From Cycas panzhihuaensis (Eukaryota > Plantae > Cycadophyta), in the NCBI GenBank assembly GCA_023213395.1, contig CM041465.1, positions 161,455,741 to 161,519,740 of the forward strand: DNA of 64,000 nt, written 5' to 3'. Every line of letters begins with the position of its first letter. Position 1 is the stretch's first letter. Shown here piece after piece: positions 1 through 12,266 of this stretch. Under the pieces are notes generated by a model, which was not told where the DNA came from, did no database searches, and saw nothing but the letters and a program-made list of their open reading frames with translations. A program made the translations under genes and the position numbers.

Positions 1-634
1 GACGCTAGGGCATGCAAACTTAGTGGCAACATCAAATGGGGATCTGACACCTTCAACATGTTCAAACAACTCTCACATAGCTGGCAACAGAGTCAAAACT
101 CATCCACACATCTCCATATATCTCAAAGTACCTACAAACAATGGAAAGAAGGCTCCCAAGATCCTCAGTGATCATCTGCGCTACATGGCTATTCTGTAGG
201 GTTATCGAGCATGCCAATCTACTAAGGGAAAGCCAACATGACCTAACACTATTTATTAGACCTTCGATAATATTCATCTACTTGTGCATGACCTACATGC
301 TCTAATACCATGTTAGAAAATGCAACTAAAACAAATAAGGTCAATAGGATCTTTCACATCAGGAAGATAACAAGCAGGAACAGATTGCATAGGACACCAT
401 ATTGCCATGGGAAACCCTTAAGGGTGAAAGCCCACAAATGAATAATATTTCACATTATGACAAAATGATGTATTGCAAAGAAGGACTTTGATCTATATTT
501 ATAGATCTAAAACACCAAATATAATTACGATTACATCTATTAGGTCACCACAATTGAGGATATTCCTCCACATAATTAGGTATAAAAATAGAAGGCCCAC
601 TTTACATTAGGTGGTATGGTCACATATTTTAACA
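1..634 (-). mobile_element. 5' end of an LTR retrotransposon (5' LTR 311-634, PBS, leader); continues left out of the window
   Basis: GCTCTAATACCA at 299-310 reads TGGTATTAGAGC (tRNA-Met PBS) on the minus strand. It abuts a segment starting TGTTAGAAAA (311) and ending TATTTTAACA (634) that contains the Copia U5-type GGGAAACCC...GGG motif. Confidence 0.7.
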
Positions 635-2459
635 TAAAGAATTTCTTGAGTATTTAATGCATCAAGCTTATCAGAAAATATTCAAATTCAATTAACTTAA
701 ATATGAGGTAGAAAGGGTGTTGATTTTTTTTATGAAAATCATCCCAAGTTTCATCATTAGAAAATAAGAAGTCCAAGATAGCATCATCATCTTAATACAA
801 AACTAATATGGTAACAAAATCAGTTTGAATAAGAAATATTCTTAGTTTAAGAGAAAGTTTAGGAGGAAACTCAAGAGGAGCAATAATTCCATAAATAACT
901 AAGCCCATATCTTTTATTTATTGCTCTTGATCAAAATTAAGAAATAGAATAGTTTGAATTTTTTATGTTTCTATGGGTGCTTTAGCATGGAATGTAAATA
1001 ATTTGACAACTTTAATATGATTACTATTAACGAATTAGTTTTCTCTAAATAAAGATAATGATATAGCCTACATTACTCAAATCCAAGGTTGACCTAGAAT
1101 AATATTGTAATCTAGAGTAGTATCCATAACTTTGACATTAATTTTTACTATTTTTCCTTCAATTATAATTGGTAAATTATATTTTTTTTTCTATGGTTGA
1201 ATGCTTTGTGGCATAAAAACCTTCAATATAAGTAGCACTTTTATCCAACATTTTAAGTTATAAAGCTCACATAAGTGATATAGGGATAATATTTAGAGAA
1301 GACCCATCATCAACAACAACACAATGGATGATTATGTCACAAATGATTACCTACACCATAGAGGCTCCAATATTAGGTTGAGTTAAAACATTAGTGGGAA
1401 GTAAAGAGAAGTCAAAGGATAAAACCTAATAAGGGGTTTCAGAAGATTGTATTCCTAATGCATTGAGATATTTGTGTCTCTATAAAGAATAATATTCCAA
1501 CATGTTAAATAATGGCATACCCAATGAAATACTCTTTAAATCATTAAGAAGAGAATATAAGGGCAAGTCTCTATTCCCTATAGTCAAAAGGAGAAAATTT
1601 AAAAACCTTCAAACTATAGGGATTGAAGACCATCATTTGGGGTTTATACTCCTTTGACTCATCATCAGATTAAGAATCATACTTTGCAAATTATGAACAA
1701 GTTTGAATTGCAAAGACATAAGACAAATCAATATTATCATATTCTAATAGATGTATTTATGATATACATTTCTTTCCAACTACTTTGCTAGATTCACCTG
1801 GTTCAAAAATTCAAATTCTAAGAGAAGTTTAAGGGATAAAGTCAAGACTTTATCTTAATAGCATATAACTTGGAATAAAATAAGTTCAAAAGAACTTAAA
1901 GTAAGAGTAGAAAATTAAGAACCTACTATCTACAAAGGGTTTGAAGTCAGGGAATGATGAAATTACAATGTATTAAGTTGATTTTATAAACTTTAATTTT
2001 GAGCCATAAGTTGTTGCTATGCATCAACTGGTGAAGTTTATATCATATGTATAAGATGTTTATTTTTATTATTTAAAAATGTGTCTTTATAGATTCCCAA
2101 CTCTTGGTTAGGATTGGGTGGTTACCCTTGATATACTTGATTTTGGTTAAGATAATTACAATTAGTGTGGGTGGAAACCTGATAAATCAAATACCACAAT
2201 TGTTCTTAGCAAATATTTTCTCAATGATTATTTTTGCCATAATGATTATAATAGAGAGGTTCTAACTGTGACTAATATTATCTATTTATATGAGTAAGTG
2301 GAAGATTATTTTAAGAATAAGGAAGGGGATTAAGTTATCCCCTTAGCTAATCAATACAAGGTCTATTCAAGTGTCATTGTACATCTTTCACAGAAGAGTT
2401 CTTCAGTTCATTTCATATAACAAGATTTTAAATCAATTGTGTTAACTAGGTAATAGATA

Positions 2460-3350
2460 TAACAAGATCAAGTAATGATATTAAAGAACAAGATTGAGCA
2501 ACTTGCACGACCTATCAAGTAGGTTGATATGGAAGAGGTAAAGGTGGACCTCCACCAACAACCCCATCACCATTTGAATCATCTAGTTAAATAGTTTATA
2601 AAGGTGTTGGGTTTTTAATAGTAACTAATCATAACTGAATCAATGCATGTTTATATTGCTAAGTAAGTTATCTAGCTTCAGCATATGATCCAAGATTTTG
2701 TCTTAGGAGCTCAAAGTGGATAACACCTATGAGACTATCAATAAAGATTTGTTTAATAGTGTAACATCATCGAGAGGAATAATACAATGATTAACCAACT
2801 TACAAAAACTCTTTATGTGTTGACTAATGGTTACATGGGATGCTTTCTTGTATGTTAGTAATGTTAAAAGACCATTATCTTCAACTTTTGGGAGAGAAAA
2901 ATGATTATAAAAATTTTCAAGCAACTCTCTAATATTATTCATTGAATTAGGAGGAAGCTTTGCAAACTAGAAGGTGCTAGCATCCCCTAAGATCATATGG
3001 GGAAAGAGTCTCATTTAAAAGTTATCCTTATAAATCTAAGCAATGTTAAGGATAACATCCATGTGTTTTTCAAGATGCTCATATAATCTACCATAAACTT
3101 TAGGTAAACTAGGTGGGATCATTGCCATATCTAGCACAGTTGCTAGTATGGCTAACGAAGATGATTTAGCATAAGAAAGGCATCAAAATCATGAAGTTAT
3201 AGAACTATGAATAGACTAATTTATGATAAGCTGAGAAACAAAATATTGATAAGAATGATGTTAGATTATAGCAAAGACTACCATGATAACAACAGTTATT
3301 AGATATAAAGCAGTGGAATTATGAGGAAGGAGATATGGATTACTAATCTT
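2460..3350. pseudogene. gag: Decayed Ty3/Gypsy gag; core 2583-3134 is on the minus strand, flanks on plus
   Basis: Minus strand reads LPKVYGRLYEHLEKHMD...FAKLPPNSMNNIRELLENFYNHF...TISQHIKSFCKL (retrotransposon gag pattern, includes ORF 2727-2942). Confidence 0.6.
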
Positions 3351-3355
3351 ATAAG

Positions 3356-3667
3356 TGAAAGAGGTTAATGTATCAAGGTCATTTGTGTAGATTAATTATG
3401 TGACCTTAGGATATATTATTAGCATTAGTCTCTAAATGAAATGCACTTTATATGTATTTAGATGTAATTTCAGGTTCATGTCACTAGGCAGAAAAATCCT
3501 AACCCTAATGCTCGCCCTCAATAATAAAAGGTGAAATCTCAATGAGGGAATTATTATTCATTCTCACCTCCAAGCTTGCTCTCATATCTTGTTTCATCTT
3601 CTTTTTCATTCTTCATTGCCATTGTGTGCATGTGAGTGATTTATCTCCTAGATCCATCATTCCTTCA
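3356..3667 (+). repeat. Copia-1 5' LTR
   Basis: TGAAAGAGG...TTCCTTCA; aligns without gaps to 10651-10962 with 23 mismatches by manual count (about 7%, 19 transitions). Confidence 0.97.
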
Positions 3668-3669
3668 TG

Positions 3670-3681
3670 TGGTATCAGAGC
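3670..3681 (+). promoter_or_regulatory. Primer binding site (tRNA-iMet)
   Basis: TGGTATCAGAGC, 2 nt after the LTR end. Confidence 0.95.
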
Positions 3682-4810
3682 CACAAGGGGATCTATTCAC
3701 TCCATCCCACTTGCATGGAGTCATTTTGCCTCTCATTCACCTTCAATGTGAAGTATTGAGAGAGCATTCATTATTTTTTAATATCTTGAGAGTTTAAAAA
3801 TATGATATTTTATATGTTGTTACTTTATCTATGTGTGTAGAAATTTAGAGGTGAAAAATATAGGTTTTCGAAGCTGTTCAGCTGCCGGAACAATCCCGGA
3901 AGCATTAAAGGCCCAAAATTTTATAAAACGTTTGACCATCTCATAATTTGATGAAATTTGGCATACAACGTCACCTTGACTAAAGGATCATTTTTTCCTT
4001 CTAAAGTAACTTCAAATTCATCCTACAACAATGAGTTTTATTTGTGATAAAAGGGTAAAATTTGTGGATAAGTGATTTAAAGCATTTTTCCTAATGAAAG
4101 CCTTTAATTATAAGCTAAAAATCTAAAAGTTTTATTAAGGGATCTATTATATTTATGTATCAGGACCAGTTTAAGATAAATCTCATCAAATTTCATCCAT
4201 TGGTTAGTGAGATCTATGCAGTTTTCTCATGGTTGCTGATTTTGCCTACTCAACCCCACAAAGGACATTGCAAGGGTATTTCGGGTAATTTTTTGGTAGA
4301 TTTTGTAAATGGTGCATAAGGTAAAGTTAATGTATGTATCAAAACATAACTTTTTACATATTTAAGTTCAAATTCTGAGACAGTTGATCTGGCATGATTT
4401 TACTTTGGTGTTTTTTTGGGCAGAAATGTTTTTATGCATTTTCTGAAATCTGACTTCATAACTCTATCAAAAACGATATTTTGAACACTTTTTCCTTATT
4501 TCATAAATTTAGATTTCATCATTTATGCCTTCATATTTATAATTTTTTAAAATTTTGCCTATTTATCATTATTTATAAGTTTTGTGAAAAAATCACAAAA
4601 TAGGGAAAAATAGCATCCATATTAATTTAAAAAAAAATCATCATTTTAGTGACAAGTTAATCTATTTTTTATCCTATTGTGGATTTTGTATCAAAACTTC
4701 TAAAATCATATTTGGAAATATTGTACTAAAGCAAGGGAAACCTTGGATCGGAAGTAATATCTGGTTCCCCTACTAAATCTAGCATGATTTTCTTATTTGC
4801 ACACATAGCA

Positions 4811-4894
4811 TAAAGCATCACAAAAGTAGCAACAATAATAAAGCATCACAAAAGTAGTAACAATAACAAAACATCACAAAAGTAGCACCAACAA
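4811..4894 (+). repeat. 3 x 28-bp tandem repeat in the Copia-1 leader
   Basis: Unit TAAAGCATCACAAAAGTAGCAACAATAA at 4811, 4839 and 4867. Confidence 0.9.
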
Positions 4895-5663
4895 CAAAGT
4901 AAGTAAGCACATTTGGCAACTTTCCATTTCAATTTTCAGTTATACGGAAACATCTTACACTATTCCTAAAAGGAATCTCATCCGTACAATCTATACCACT
5001 AGTTCTTGACTTGTGCGCACACTTGCCTTGGTTAAAATAGACCAAGGTTAGTCGATGTCTAGGCCCTAAGGGAGATGTAAGTTTCATACTAGGTTTAGTC
5101 TTAACCAGAATAGTGGTGGAGGAACAGGTTAGCCATACCTATGGCCTCCAATCAGGGATAATCCTGATAACCACCCAAGAAAACTGAAAACCTTAATGTA
5201 AGATCAAAATTAACCTGGTCCAATATATGTCATAATCGTGGGATACACAGTACCATTTGACTCTTTAGAGGAGGTATATAGCTACTCATTGGTGAACTGG
5301 GTGAGGACTGGGAGTGTCTGGGCTCCATTGTGACTTGGATTTCATCACCAAGCATAGGTGCAGGTATTGCAAGTGAAGGCCCTAATCATATACTAGAAGC
5401 CTTAGGCATTGAAACCTCACGTACATTTGGACATAAGTGAGAGGTTAGTGGCATGACACATTACTACTCTTTACTAGCTCTACATTAGGCCTCATTCTTA
5501 CATCATTACTTATATTCATTTTTCATAGTTGTTGAAAAATACGTAATCATTGATTACTTCTCATTATAGCATTCATTTCTATATTCCTGCTGCGCCAGGT
5601 GTACTAGCCACACATGTCAGTGGCACATACTTCTATCATCTCTTCTACTTCTTCATCGTTACC

Positions 5664-8600
5664 ATGTCATCTCAATTCAAGTAGAATGTTAACTGCATAT
5701 TGAAAGACAAAGAAAATTGGGGTCTATGGTACATTGGAATTAAAAATGATGCAAAGTATGAAGGCCTTTGGAGAGCCCACTTGCATCCTACACCCAGCAT
5801 ACTAGTAACGGCTACAACAACTATTTTCGATGGATCCGCCCTAGCAGCTCCTATAGATGCTACAGCCAAACTACAATAGGAGATAGATGATGAAAAGATT
5901 CATGTAGGAATTTTGTTGGTCATTAATCACTCGTTACACAACTTGATAAATGAAGAGAAATATGATACAGCCTAGAAGGTCCTAGAAGTTCTCAGAAAGA
6001 ACTTTGATACAAAGTCAAATTTAGAATTTGTTCATCTTGTTTTGAAAATAAACAAATAAAAAATGTAGAAGGGTCGAGCTCATGAGACAATAAATCTCCT
6101 TCGAACAATTAAATAGGCAATTAACAAAGACTTTAAAACCCAATGCATCACTTGGGTATTTTTGATCCAGTCATGTTTACATGTCCCCGATTATAAAAAC
6201 TTGCTTTGAAGTCTTCAATGTAATGGAACATTGAAGACACTCAACTTTGAAGTACATACCGAGAAGTTCATAGAATTTGACAAGACCTTTGATATAAACT
6301 TTGTAGCCTCTGAATCTCTTCCAGATGCAGCACTTGAGGTAGAAGAAGAAGTTTGATACATAAAAAATCAAGGTCCGTCTCATGGGAGAGGAAATAACTG
6401 AGCAAGAGGAAGAGAAAGAAATATAGGAAATCATCCACAAGGTCAATCAAACCCTCAACCACAACCTCGACAGTTTTAAGGCCAAGGGCCACCTCAACAA
6501 AGAGCAAGACGGTTAGGCCAAACCAGTAGTTCTTTAGGGACTAATAATCAAACTATTATATATGATTGATGTAACCATAAAGGACACTTAGTAAAAGATT
6601 GCAGAACTGCCACTTATAAGTTAGCCAAGTTCCAACCAAAACATGGAGCTCACAATGTTGAAGAAACTTGTAAAGAATCCTTTAGTGGTGTAGGTTTTGT
6701 ACAAGCACACATTCAAAGAATTGAGGGATCTTCAGCATCAAATGTCATTGACCTACCAAAGAGATACTTTGAAGCTTGGTGTGGATATATCACTTATGAA
6801 TTCCCTTCACCAATGCCAAGCCCTATTGGAATTGCTAATAGTGTGGCTTCAATCGAGGGACAGTGGATCATGGACATAGGAGCAACTCAACATATGACAT
6901 GCAATCATAGTCTATATCAAACATTTGACTCAAATATTCATGGAGTTGTTCACATGGCTGATAAATCACAACTTATTGAAGGAATTGGCAACATTCACTT
7001 GAAAACCCTAAGCTCAGAAGATTTTATATTACTTGATGTCTTATATATACCCAATCTCAAACAAAACCTACTCTCTTTATCTACACTTATTTCTCGTGGA
7101 TTTGATCTAATTGTAATCGTAAATGACTAGACTCTCAAGGTCATTCACCCTCCAACTAATCATGTGGTTTTGATTGGACATCTCTCTAGCAAACTCTTTC
7201 GACTAAATGGCTCTCCATCTTTTGAAGCCCATTGTGCCCAAAGCCCTTGTGCCAATGAAGAATTTACATTTAATTCCATCTTAACCCATCTAACGTTGTC
7301 ACCAGAAGCTCTTTGGCATGCTTGCATGGGCCATGTTCACATTAATAGACTTAGAGATCTTTCTAACACTCTTACAAACCTTCTAAAGTTTTCCTCTAAG
7401 CCCTTTAAATGTGAAGCTTATATTATTACCAAATCTCATCGACAACCCTTTCCCAAAAGTCAGTGGAAATCGAGCCATCCATTACAATTGGTACACTTTG
7501 ATTTGTGTAGGCCAATTCCTATTCCTTCACTAAAGGGCAAGCTATATTACATCTCTTTCATTGATGATTTTACTAGAAAAGTATAGGTAGTTTTTCTACA
7601 TAAGAAAGATAAAGCATTCTATATATTCAAGGAATTCAAAGCCGTCACTAAAAAAGAGTCAAGTTATCAACTCAAATGTCTTCAAATTGATAATGGTGGT
7701 GACTATACCTCACATGAGTTTGAAATCTACCTTTAAGATAATGGCCTCAAGCATCAAACAATAGTAGCAGGTACCCCACAACAAAATAGAGTTGTCGAGC
7801 ATATGAACAGGACAATCATGAACATGGCTCATGCTATGTTAATATATAAAAATATACCTATCTATTTATGGGCTAAAGCAATCTGGATAGATGTTTATTG
7901 TATCAATGCTATTAGCCCATCAAAGGAAGTATAATCACATAAAGAAAAGTGGTCAAGACAAGCCCCCATTGTTCACTACTTTAAAATTTTTAGCCCTACA
8001 TGTTATGCCCATATTCTAGATGTAGATTAAAATAAACTCCAGCCAAGGGAACTTAAAGGCATCTTTGTTAGATACCCTATGGATAAGAAAGGGTATAAGG
8101 TCTTCATACCTTCACAATGAAAAATCATCATTACCAAAGACGTCATTTTTGCAGAGACAGAGGATCAGTTACTTAAACTAGACTCTAAAGTACCCTCATG
8201 TTGCTTCAATCATGTTATCAAGTATGATGTTCAGATTCTAAAATTTGAGGGGAGGGGGGGGGGGGAGGAGACAAACATAAATTACTCCAAATGTTAGAAG
8301 CTGACAATAGAGCCTTGGAGGATGCAAAGCAAAGTTGACAAAGGCAAAGCCATTATAGAAGAACCATCCTCCCCACTTTTAGTTGGCAAAGACAAAATAG
8401 TGGTAGAAGGACCATCTTCCTCAGGCGCATTAACATCCTCCTCATACAATAATCATTTTAATGAATATGATGAGAACTAAGAAGTTGGGGAAATGAGGAC
8501 ATCATTCCCAACTTGAGGATCTTGAGAAGCCTACCAACTCAATAAGGACATACGACCATATGAGTTGGGCAAAACTGACACTCGAAGTGCCTATAGAGCA

Positions 8601-10203
8601 AGGATGCAGGAATCATTATATACTAAACTTAAACCAGTAGAATTGCACCTTACTCTTAATAAAGAGCCCTTAACATACCAAGAAGTTGTAAAGCATACAT
8701 CTTGGAGAAATGCCATGAATGAAGAGTACTAATCTCTTATTAAGAACAGTACATGGGAGCTCGTTGATCTACCACTTGGTAGAAAGGTAGTTCAAAATAA
8801 ATGGGTGTTAAAAAATAAATATAGATCAGACGGTACCCTTGAAAAGCATAAGGTGAGGTTGGTAGCTAAAGGATTTACACAAAGGGAAATCATCGACTAC
8901 ACTAAAGTCTTTGCACCTACAACCAAGTGGCCTACAATTAGAACTCTTATGGCCTTGGCCACTCAACAGGGTTGGAAAATCCACCAACTCGATATTAAAA
9001 CCGTGTTTCTCAATGGATATCTTGAAGAAGAAATTTACATTGCTCAACCAGAAGGATATGAGATCGAAGGTCAAGAGCATAAGGTTTGTAGGCTCAGAAA
9101 GTCCTTGTATGGCCTTAAACAAGCCCCTCGTGCTTGGTTTACCAAGTTATCTGAAAGGATGAGGTAACTTGGATACAAGGTTTGTGACTATTAAGATATT
9201 GATGCAACATTGTTCATCAAGAACCATAAGGATAAAGTCACTTATCTCATAATCTTTATAGATGATATGATAATGACGGGTGATAATGAACAGGCAATAA
9301 GCCAGCTAAAAAAGGACCTTGGCAAAACGTTCGAATTGTCTGACCTTAGTTTGATGAAATATTACTTGGGAATTAAAGTAACACAAAATAATAGAAAATT
9401 TTTCCTCTCCCAAGAAAAATACATTAACGATCTTCTAACCAAGTTTTAGTTAGAAGATGCTCGACCAGTGATGTTACCTATGGATCCTAACATCAAACTC
9501 TTAGCTGAAGGTGACACTAGGGAGGCAGACGCAACACTCTATAGGAAACTTGTAGGTAGTCTCATCTATACTACCAATACAATGCCATATATTATACACT
9601 CTATCTATATTCTTACTCATTACATGACAAATCCTAAGCAGAATCATCAAGTGCGGAGTGCAGTGTTGAGATACCTTAAGACGACCAACAAATATGGTCT
9701 GTTATATGAACCTAATTCAGACTTCAAGCTTTCAGATACACGCACTGCACTTTGCAGGAGATAAAGACACAGGAAGATCTACGTCTGGGTATGTAATGTT
9801 TCTTGGAATAGTAGCAATATCATGGAGATCTAAATGGTAGAAGATAGTTGTAGATTCAACTATTGAAGCTGAATACATTACTTCTTTTGAGACCAGTAAA
9901 GAGGTGATATGGCTGAGAAAATTATTAGAAACATTGAATATCATCCAAACAAGTCCTATGACTCTTCATATGGATAATCAATCAGTAATCTGCATGGTGA
10001 AAAATCTTGGATTTCACGATCATACCAAACATATAAGTACGAAAGTCTACATGACTAGGGAACTTATTGATGACGGCAAAATTCAATTGGATTACTACCC
10101 TACAGTAGATCAAGTCACCAATATCTTCACCAAACCACTGTAAAAGGTGAAGTTTGAACAATTTTGAAGGCAGCTCGGCCTTAGGGCCTCCATCTTCGAT
10201 TGA
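5664..10203 (+). pseudogene. gag-pol: Copia-1 gag-pol (zinc knuckle, protease, GAG-pre-integrase, integrase, RT, RNase H), disrupted by many stops
   Basis: WIMDIGATQHM (PR); LWHACMGH and PLQLVHFDLC..FIDDFTR (IN); RLVAKGFTQ, LRKSLYGLKQAPRAW, IFIDDM (RT); DNQS..HDHTKHI (RH). Confidence 0.95.
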
Positions 10204-10639
10204 TTAAAGAAGATGGAAACAGGATCATCATACTCTATTCTCTTCATGAAAATCCCTTGTGGGCACAGAAGAATAAGAGTAAGTCTATGCTCTATCCTCT
10301 TCGTGAAAACCCCATGTGGGTATGGAAGGATAAGGGTTGTACTAGTTTTGGAAAATCAAAACTTGTGAAAACCTAAAAATGCATAGGGGATGACCAAACA
10401 TTATATGGAGACTTAGCAGATTAAGATGCACACTTAAGCTACTTAGCTATCAGGCTGCATCAAAGAGCCACCTTAGCCATTTTGATTTATAAAAGGAGCT
10501 ATAGATCTTAGAAAGTTCATGGGCTTTTATTTCCCACGAGGGTTTTCCCACAAAAGTGTCATTTAGAATTTCAATGTAATAATGACGCTCAAATGAAGAC
10601 CTCATAGAATAGATTTTCTCAAAATTACCTTCCACCATT

Positions 10640-10649
10640 AAATGGGAGA
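10640..10649 (+). promoter_or_regulatory. Polypurine tract of Copia-1
   Basis: AAATGGGAGA immediately before the 3' LTR. Confidence 0.8.
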
Positions 10650-10650
10650 T

Positions 10651-10962
10651 TGAAAGAGGTTAATGTATCAAGGTCATTTGTGTAGATTAATTATATAACC
10701 TTATGATATATTATTAGCATTAATCTCTAAATAAAATGTACTTTATATGCATTTAGATGTAATTTTGGGTTCATGTCATTAGGTGGGAAAATCCTAACCC
10801 TAATTCTCACCCTCAATAATAAAAGGTAAAATCTCAAGGAGGGAGTCATTATTCATTCTCACCTCCAAGCTTGCTCTCATATCTTGTTTTATCTTCTTTT
10901 TCATTCTCCATTGCCATTGTGTGCATGTAAGTGATTTATCTCCTAGATCCATCCTTCCTTCA
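10651..10962 (+). repeat. Copia-1 3' LTR
   Basis: Direct repeat of 3356-3667, followed by TSD ATAAG. Confidence 0.97.
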
Positions 10963-10967
10963 ATAAG

Positions 10968-11660
10968 AGATAAAAACCTCCTTAAGCATGTGTGGTCAAA
11001 AAGGGGATAAACATCTCAATCAATGAGAAAACTAACTAGGGTTCAGAATAACCCCAAAACATCAATGTATTGTTATAGAAGTGGTCAAGGTGACTAGTAC
11101 AAGACTATAATTCAAGTCCCCAGTGTGGTTGTCAAAAAACCATTAATGTTAGGAAGTGTTCATCCTAAATTTTGTCTTAAGAGTGATTACCTAATGCAAA
11201 ATCAAAAACACTTCTAGAGAAACATTTATGAGTTGCAATATAATCAAAAGGATGGCTTAATTAATAAGGACATATATCAAAGTGTCACCTAAACCTTGAA
11301 CAATATAGGCTTCAAAATTGACTACTAGAAATGCACCATATTTCTTCCTTAACAGGTAAAATAATAAGTTCACTAAGTAAATATTCCCTTTATTGACCAA
11401 AAATGGCAAATGATTGTCATGCAATTAAGTCAATATTAATAATAACACATCAGCTATTATAGTCCATGTCCTAACCTTTTAAATATTTCCATCATTTCTC
11501 CAAGGAACTTTGCACAACATCAATTCTTACACCTATACAACTACACCATGATTAGATACTTTTGAGAAATTTCCTCACCCTCTAATTATATATGCAATCA
11601 ATAGAAATTGTGTCTATGATGATGATGATGATAGATTTAAATTTGTTGGATATTTTTACT
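10968..11660 (+). pseudogene. Continuation of the old Gypsy gag interrupted by Copia-1 (degenerate zinc knuckle)
   Basis: TGTTATAGAAGTGGTCAAGGTGAC near 11070 gives a CYRxG-type knuckle relic; contiguous with 3135-3355 once Copia-1 is removed. Confidence 0.4.
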
Positions 11661-12266
11661 AAGTATCCTTAGCTTCTCAGAATAAAACTTACCTCTGATG
11701 ATGATTGTCTAAGGCGTTGAGTGGTCTGCGATCTCTGTAGTTTCGATAGCGACTGTGGCGGCTAGGGTTACTCCAATCAGGTGGTAAATGCGGTGGCCCC
11801 AGTTGAACTGGATCGATGGCGTGAGCTCCATTCCGGCTTGGGCATCAACGCAGACTGGCGTTACCTCCTGTATGAAGGTCTGGTAAGGCGCTCGAGGCGG
11901 AGTTTTGAGCGTGGGCGTGGCGGCTTGTGGATGGTTTGGTAAGGCTTGTGGTGGTGGGGAAGGAGCCTCGTGACCTTGGATGCATTCTGCGGCGTGCAGT
12001 CGGGGCGAGGAAGGCTTCCTTTTAGGTCTGGCCGAGTTTTTAAGGATTTTAGTGCTTGGGGAGGCGCAGAGGACAGACCTGGAAGGTATCCCAGAATCGC
12101 CAAGAAAGAAGGGTATGACTATCTGCAGATTCGTATTCTATGTTGAGTCATAGGCGTGCTTTTTCACTTGTAAAAGTTTCTTGTTTTGCTACCAATATGA
12201 TGCTTTCGGACTGCAACTGCACTCGGTTCTCACCCTCCGGGAGATCTTACCTAGACGTTGTAAGAA

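Larger units (their letters stand above)
3356..10962 (+). mobile_element. Full-length decayed Ty1/Copia element (Copia-1), 7.6 kb
   Basis: Two 312-bp TG..CA LTRs, perfect 5-bp TSD ATAAG (3351-3355 / 10963-10967), PBS, PPT, and gag-PR-IN-RT-RH order. Confidence 0.97.

Noticed and set aside
62-277. 71-aa ORF after the PBS as gag or a host gene
   Set aside because: No recognisable motif, and the element is truncated by the window edge.
635-2450. Possible host exons in unassigned AT-rich sequence (also 17900-18450 and 19350-20600)
   Set aside because: No sustained ORF or credible exon chain; probably very old TE debris that I cannot classify.
5013-5475. A bona fide group II intron
   Set aside because: GTGCG and a domain V-like string are present, but the domain V stem pairs poorly and domains II-IV have no room. 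Kept only as a structured-RNA candidate.
11686-11730. CTGATGA as a hammerhead ribozyme core, or ACTTACCT as a U1 snRNA 5' end
   Set aside because: No stem II followed by GAAA, and no further U1 sequence; better read as an antisense splice donor.
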